The notes under the pieces were generated by a model that ran no database searches, had not been told where the DNA came from, and worked only from the letters and a program-made list of their open reading frames with translations. From contig DXZM01000049.1 of NCBI GenBank assembly GCA_019419665.1, forward strand, positions 5,352-69,351: a stretch of 64,000 bases of DNA, written 5' to 3'. The DNA comes from Collinsella sp. (GTDB lineage Bacteria; Actinomycetota; Coriobacteriia; Coriobacteriales; Coriobacteriaceae). Positions 62,271 to 64,000 of the stretch are shown in pieces (the stretch's first letter is position 1; the number at the start of each line of letters is the position of its first letter). The translations under genes and the position numbers were made by a program.

Positions 62271-64000
62271 CTACTCCAGCTCAAACGCTCCGGTATAAAG
62301 CTGGTAGTAATACCCGCGCTTGGCGATCAGCTCATCGTGGTTGCCGCGCTCGATGATGCGGCCGTGGTCCAGACAGATGATCGCGTCAGAGTTGCGCACG
62401 GTGGACAGGCGGTGTGCGATGACAAACGTCGTGCGGCCTTCCATGAGTTTATCCATGCCCGCCTGCACGATGGCCTCGGTGCGGGTGTCGATGGAGCTCG
62501 TTGCCTCGTCCAGAATCATTGCCGGCGGATCGGCGACGGCAGCGCGGGCTATCGAGATCAGCTGGCGCTGGCCCTGCGACAGCTGGGCGCCGTTGCCGGT
62601 GAGCATGGTGTCATAGCCGTCGGGCAGGCGGGTGATAAAGTCGTCCGCGCCCGCGAGCTTGGCCGCCGCGATGCACTCCTCGTCGGTCGCATCCAGGTTG
62701 CCGTAGCGGATGTTATCCATCACGGTGCCGGTGAACAGGTTCACGTCCTGCAGCACGACGCCCAGCGAGCGGCGCAGATCGGCCTTGCGGATCTTGTTGA
62801 CGTTGATGCCGTCGTAGCGAATCTTGCCGTCGGCGATGTCATAGAAGCGGTTGATGAGGTTGGTGATGGTCGTCTTGCCGGCACCGGTGGCACCGACAAA
62901 CGCGACCTTCTGGCCCGGCTTGGCAAACACGGACACGCCGTGCAGCACCTCGTGGTCGGGCGTGTAGCCAAAGTCGACGTTGTCCATGACCAGGTCGCCG
63001 CGCAGCGGTACGTACTCGATCTCGCCGGTTGCGCGGTGCGGGTGTTTCCACGCCCACATGCCGGTGTGGTGGTCGGCCTCCTCGAGCTGCCAGGTATCGG
63101 GGTTCACCTGCGCGTTGACGAGCGTCACGTAGCCTTCGTCGGTCTCGGGCTTCTCGTCGATGAGCTCAAAGATACGGTCGGCGCCGGCGAGGCCCATGAC
63201 CACGGCGTTGATCTGCTGCGAGATCTGGCCGATCTGTCCGCAGAACTGCTTGGTCATGTTGAGGAACGGCACCACGACGGCGATGGACAGCGCCATACCC
63301 GAGATGCTCAGGTTGGGCACGCCCAGCGCCAGGAAAATGCCGCCGGCAAGGGCCACCAACACGTAGAGCAGGTTGCCCAGGTTCATAAGGATGGGCATGA
63401 GGATGTTGGCGTACATGTTGGCCTTCTGCGAGACCTCGAAGAGCTTTTCGTTGCGCTCGTCAAAATCGGCCTCGGCGGCAGACTCGTGGCAGAATGCCTT
63501 GACGACCTTCTGGCCGTTCATGACTTCCTCGATATGGCCCTCGACCACGCCGAGCTCGGACTGCTGCGCAATAAAGAAACGCGCGGAGTTGGAGCCGAGC
63601 AGCTTGGTCATAAAGGTCATAAAGACGACGCCGGCCACAATGACCAGGCACATCCATACGCTGTAGTACAGCATGATAAAGAATACCGTGACGATGACGA
63701 TGGTCGTCATGAGCAGGTTGGGCAGCGACTGGCTGATCATCTGGCGCAGCGTGTCGATGTCGTTGGTGTAGTGGCTCATGATGTCGCCGCGCTGGTGCGT
63801 GTCGAAGTAGCGAATCGGCAGGTCCTGCATGCGGTTGAACATCTTCTCGCGCAGCTTCTCGAGCGAGCCCTGCGTGACGATGGCCATGGCGCGGTTCCAG
63901 AACAGCGAGGACAGGATGCCGATGCCGTAGATGCAGGCGAGGGTGGTCACGAGCTGTGCGATCTTGGGCTGTGCAGCTTCCCAATCGCCCGACTGCCACG
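62271..64000 (-). CDS. ABC exporter, fused permease/ATPase (5' end beyond window)
   Basis: NBD motifs GATGAGKTT, LSQGQRQL and MILDEATS. The reading frame stays open upstream of the GTG at 63950 to the window edge, and the first TM helices are missing, so the gene is partial. Confidence 0.88.
   Translation of the reverse strand, partial: WQSGDWEAAQPKIAQLVTTLACIYGIGILSSLFWNRAMAIVTQGSLEKLREKMFNRMQDLPIRYFDTHQRGDIMSHYTNDIDTLRQMISQSLPNLLMTTIVIVTVFFIMLYYSVWMCLVIVAGVVFMTFMTKLLGSNSARFFIAQQSELGVVEGHIEEVMNGQKVVKAFCHESAAEADFDERNEKLFEVSQKANMYANILMPILMNLGNLLYVLVALAGGIFLALGVPNLSISGMALSIAVVVPFLNMTKQFCGQIGQISQQINAVVMGLAGADRIFELIDEKPETDEGYVTLVNAQVNPDTWQLEEADHHTGMWAWKHPHRATGEIEYVPLRGDLVMDNVDFGYTPDHEVLHGVSVFAKPGQKVAFVGATGAGKTTITNLINRFYDIADGKIRYDGINVNKIRKADLRRSLGVVLQDVNLFTGTVMDNIRYGNLDATDEECIAAAKLAGADDFITRLPDGYDTMLTGNGAQLSQGQRQLISIARAAVADPPAMILDEATSSIDTRTEAIVQAGMDKLMEGRTTFVIAHRLSTVRNSDAIICLDHGRIIERGNHDELIAKRGYYYQLYTGAFELE

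Overview
This is a 64 kb high-GC chromosomal segment with a Gram-positive gene style. The gene content looks like a gut Actinomycetota/Coriobacteriia anaerobe (Collinsella-like), but that is inference only because no database search was possible. I call about 52 protein genes, one tRNA-Ser(UGA), the SRP (4.5S) RNA and one complete IS3-family insertion sequence.

The coding content is mostly housekeeping or metabolic:
- a LacI-controlled PTS/GatZ-like/Fsa/split-transketolase operon
- glmS, ilvE, cysE, larE, tex and rlmKL
- kup followed by a truncated kdpD and kdpE
- three and a half pairs of ABC exporter half-transporters
- a LysR-controlled SDR/MFS/Gfo operon
- a GGDEF protein

I see no rRNA, CRISPR array, prophage or recognisable defence island.

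The main signal not explained by genes is a dense set of small structured repeats in the intergenic DNA:
- three related hairpin families that share a CTGTCCC-type loop
- two MITE-like families with terminal inverted repeats
- a 65-bp mini-element carrying the IS3 terminal repeats
- a perfect 32-bp inverted repeat next to ffs
- a tandem pair of 16-bp-stem hairpins upstream of an amino-acid ABC operon
- two roughly 115-130 nt rod-like hairpins between convergent genes

Gene-level oddities:
- a TadA-glycerate kinase fusion
- an enhancer-binding-protein-like regulator with degenerate ATPase motifs
- an N-terminally truncated KdpD/KdpE pair next to kup with no kdpFABC
- several enzymes with unusual terminal extensions

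Functional calls rest on motif recognition in the supplied translations. Many long ORFs in the track are antisense or shadow artefacts of high GC and are not reported.
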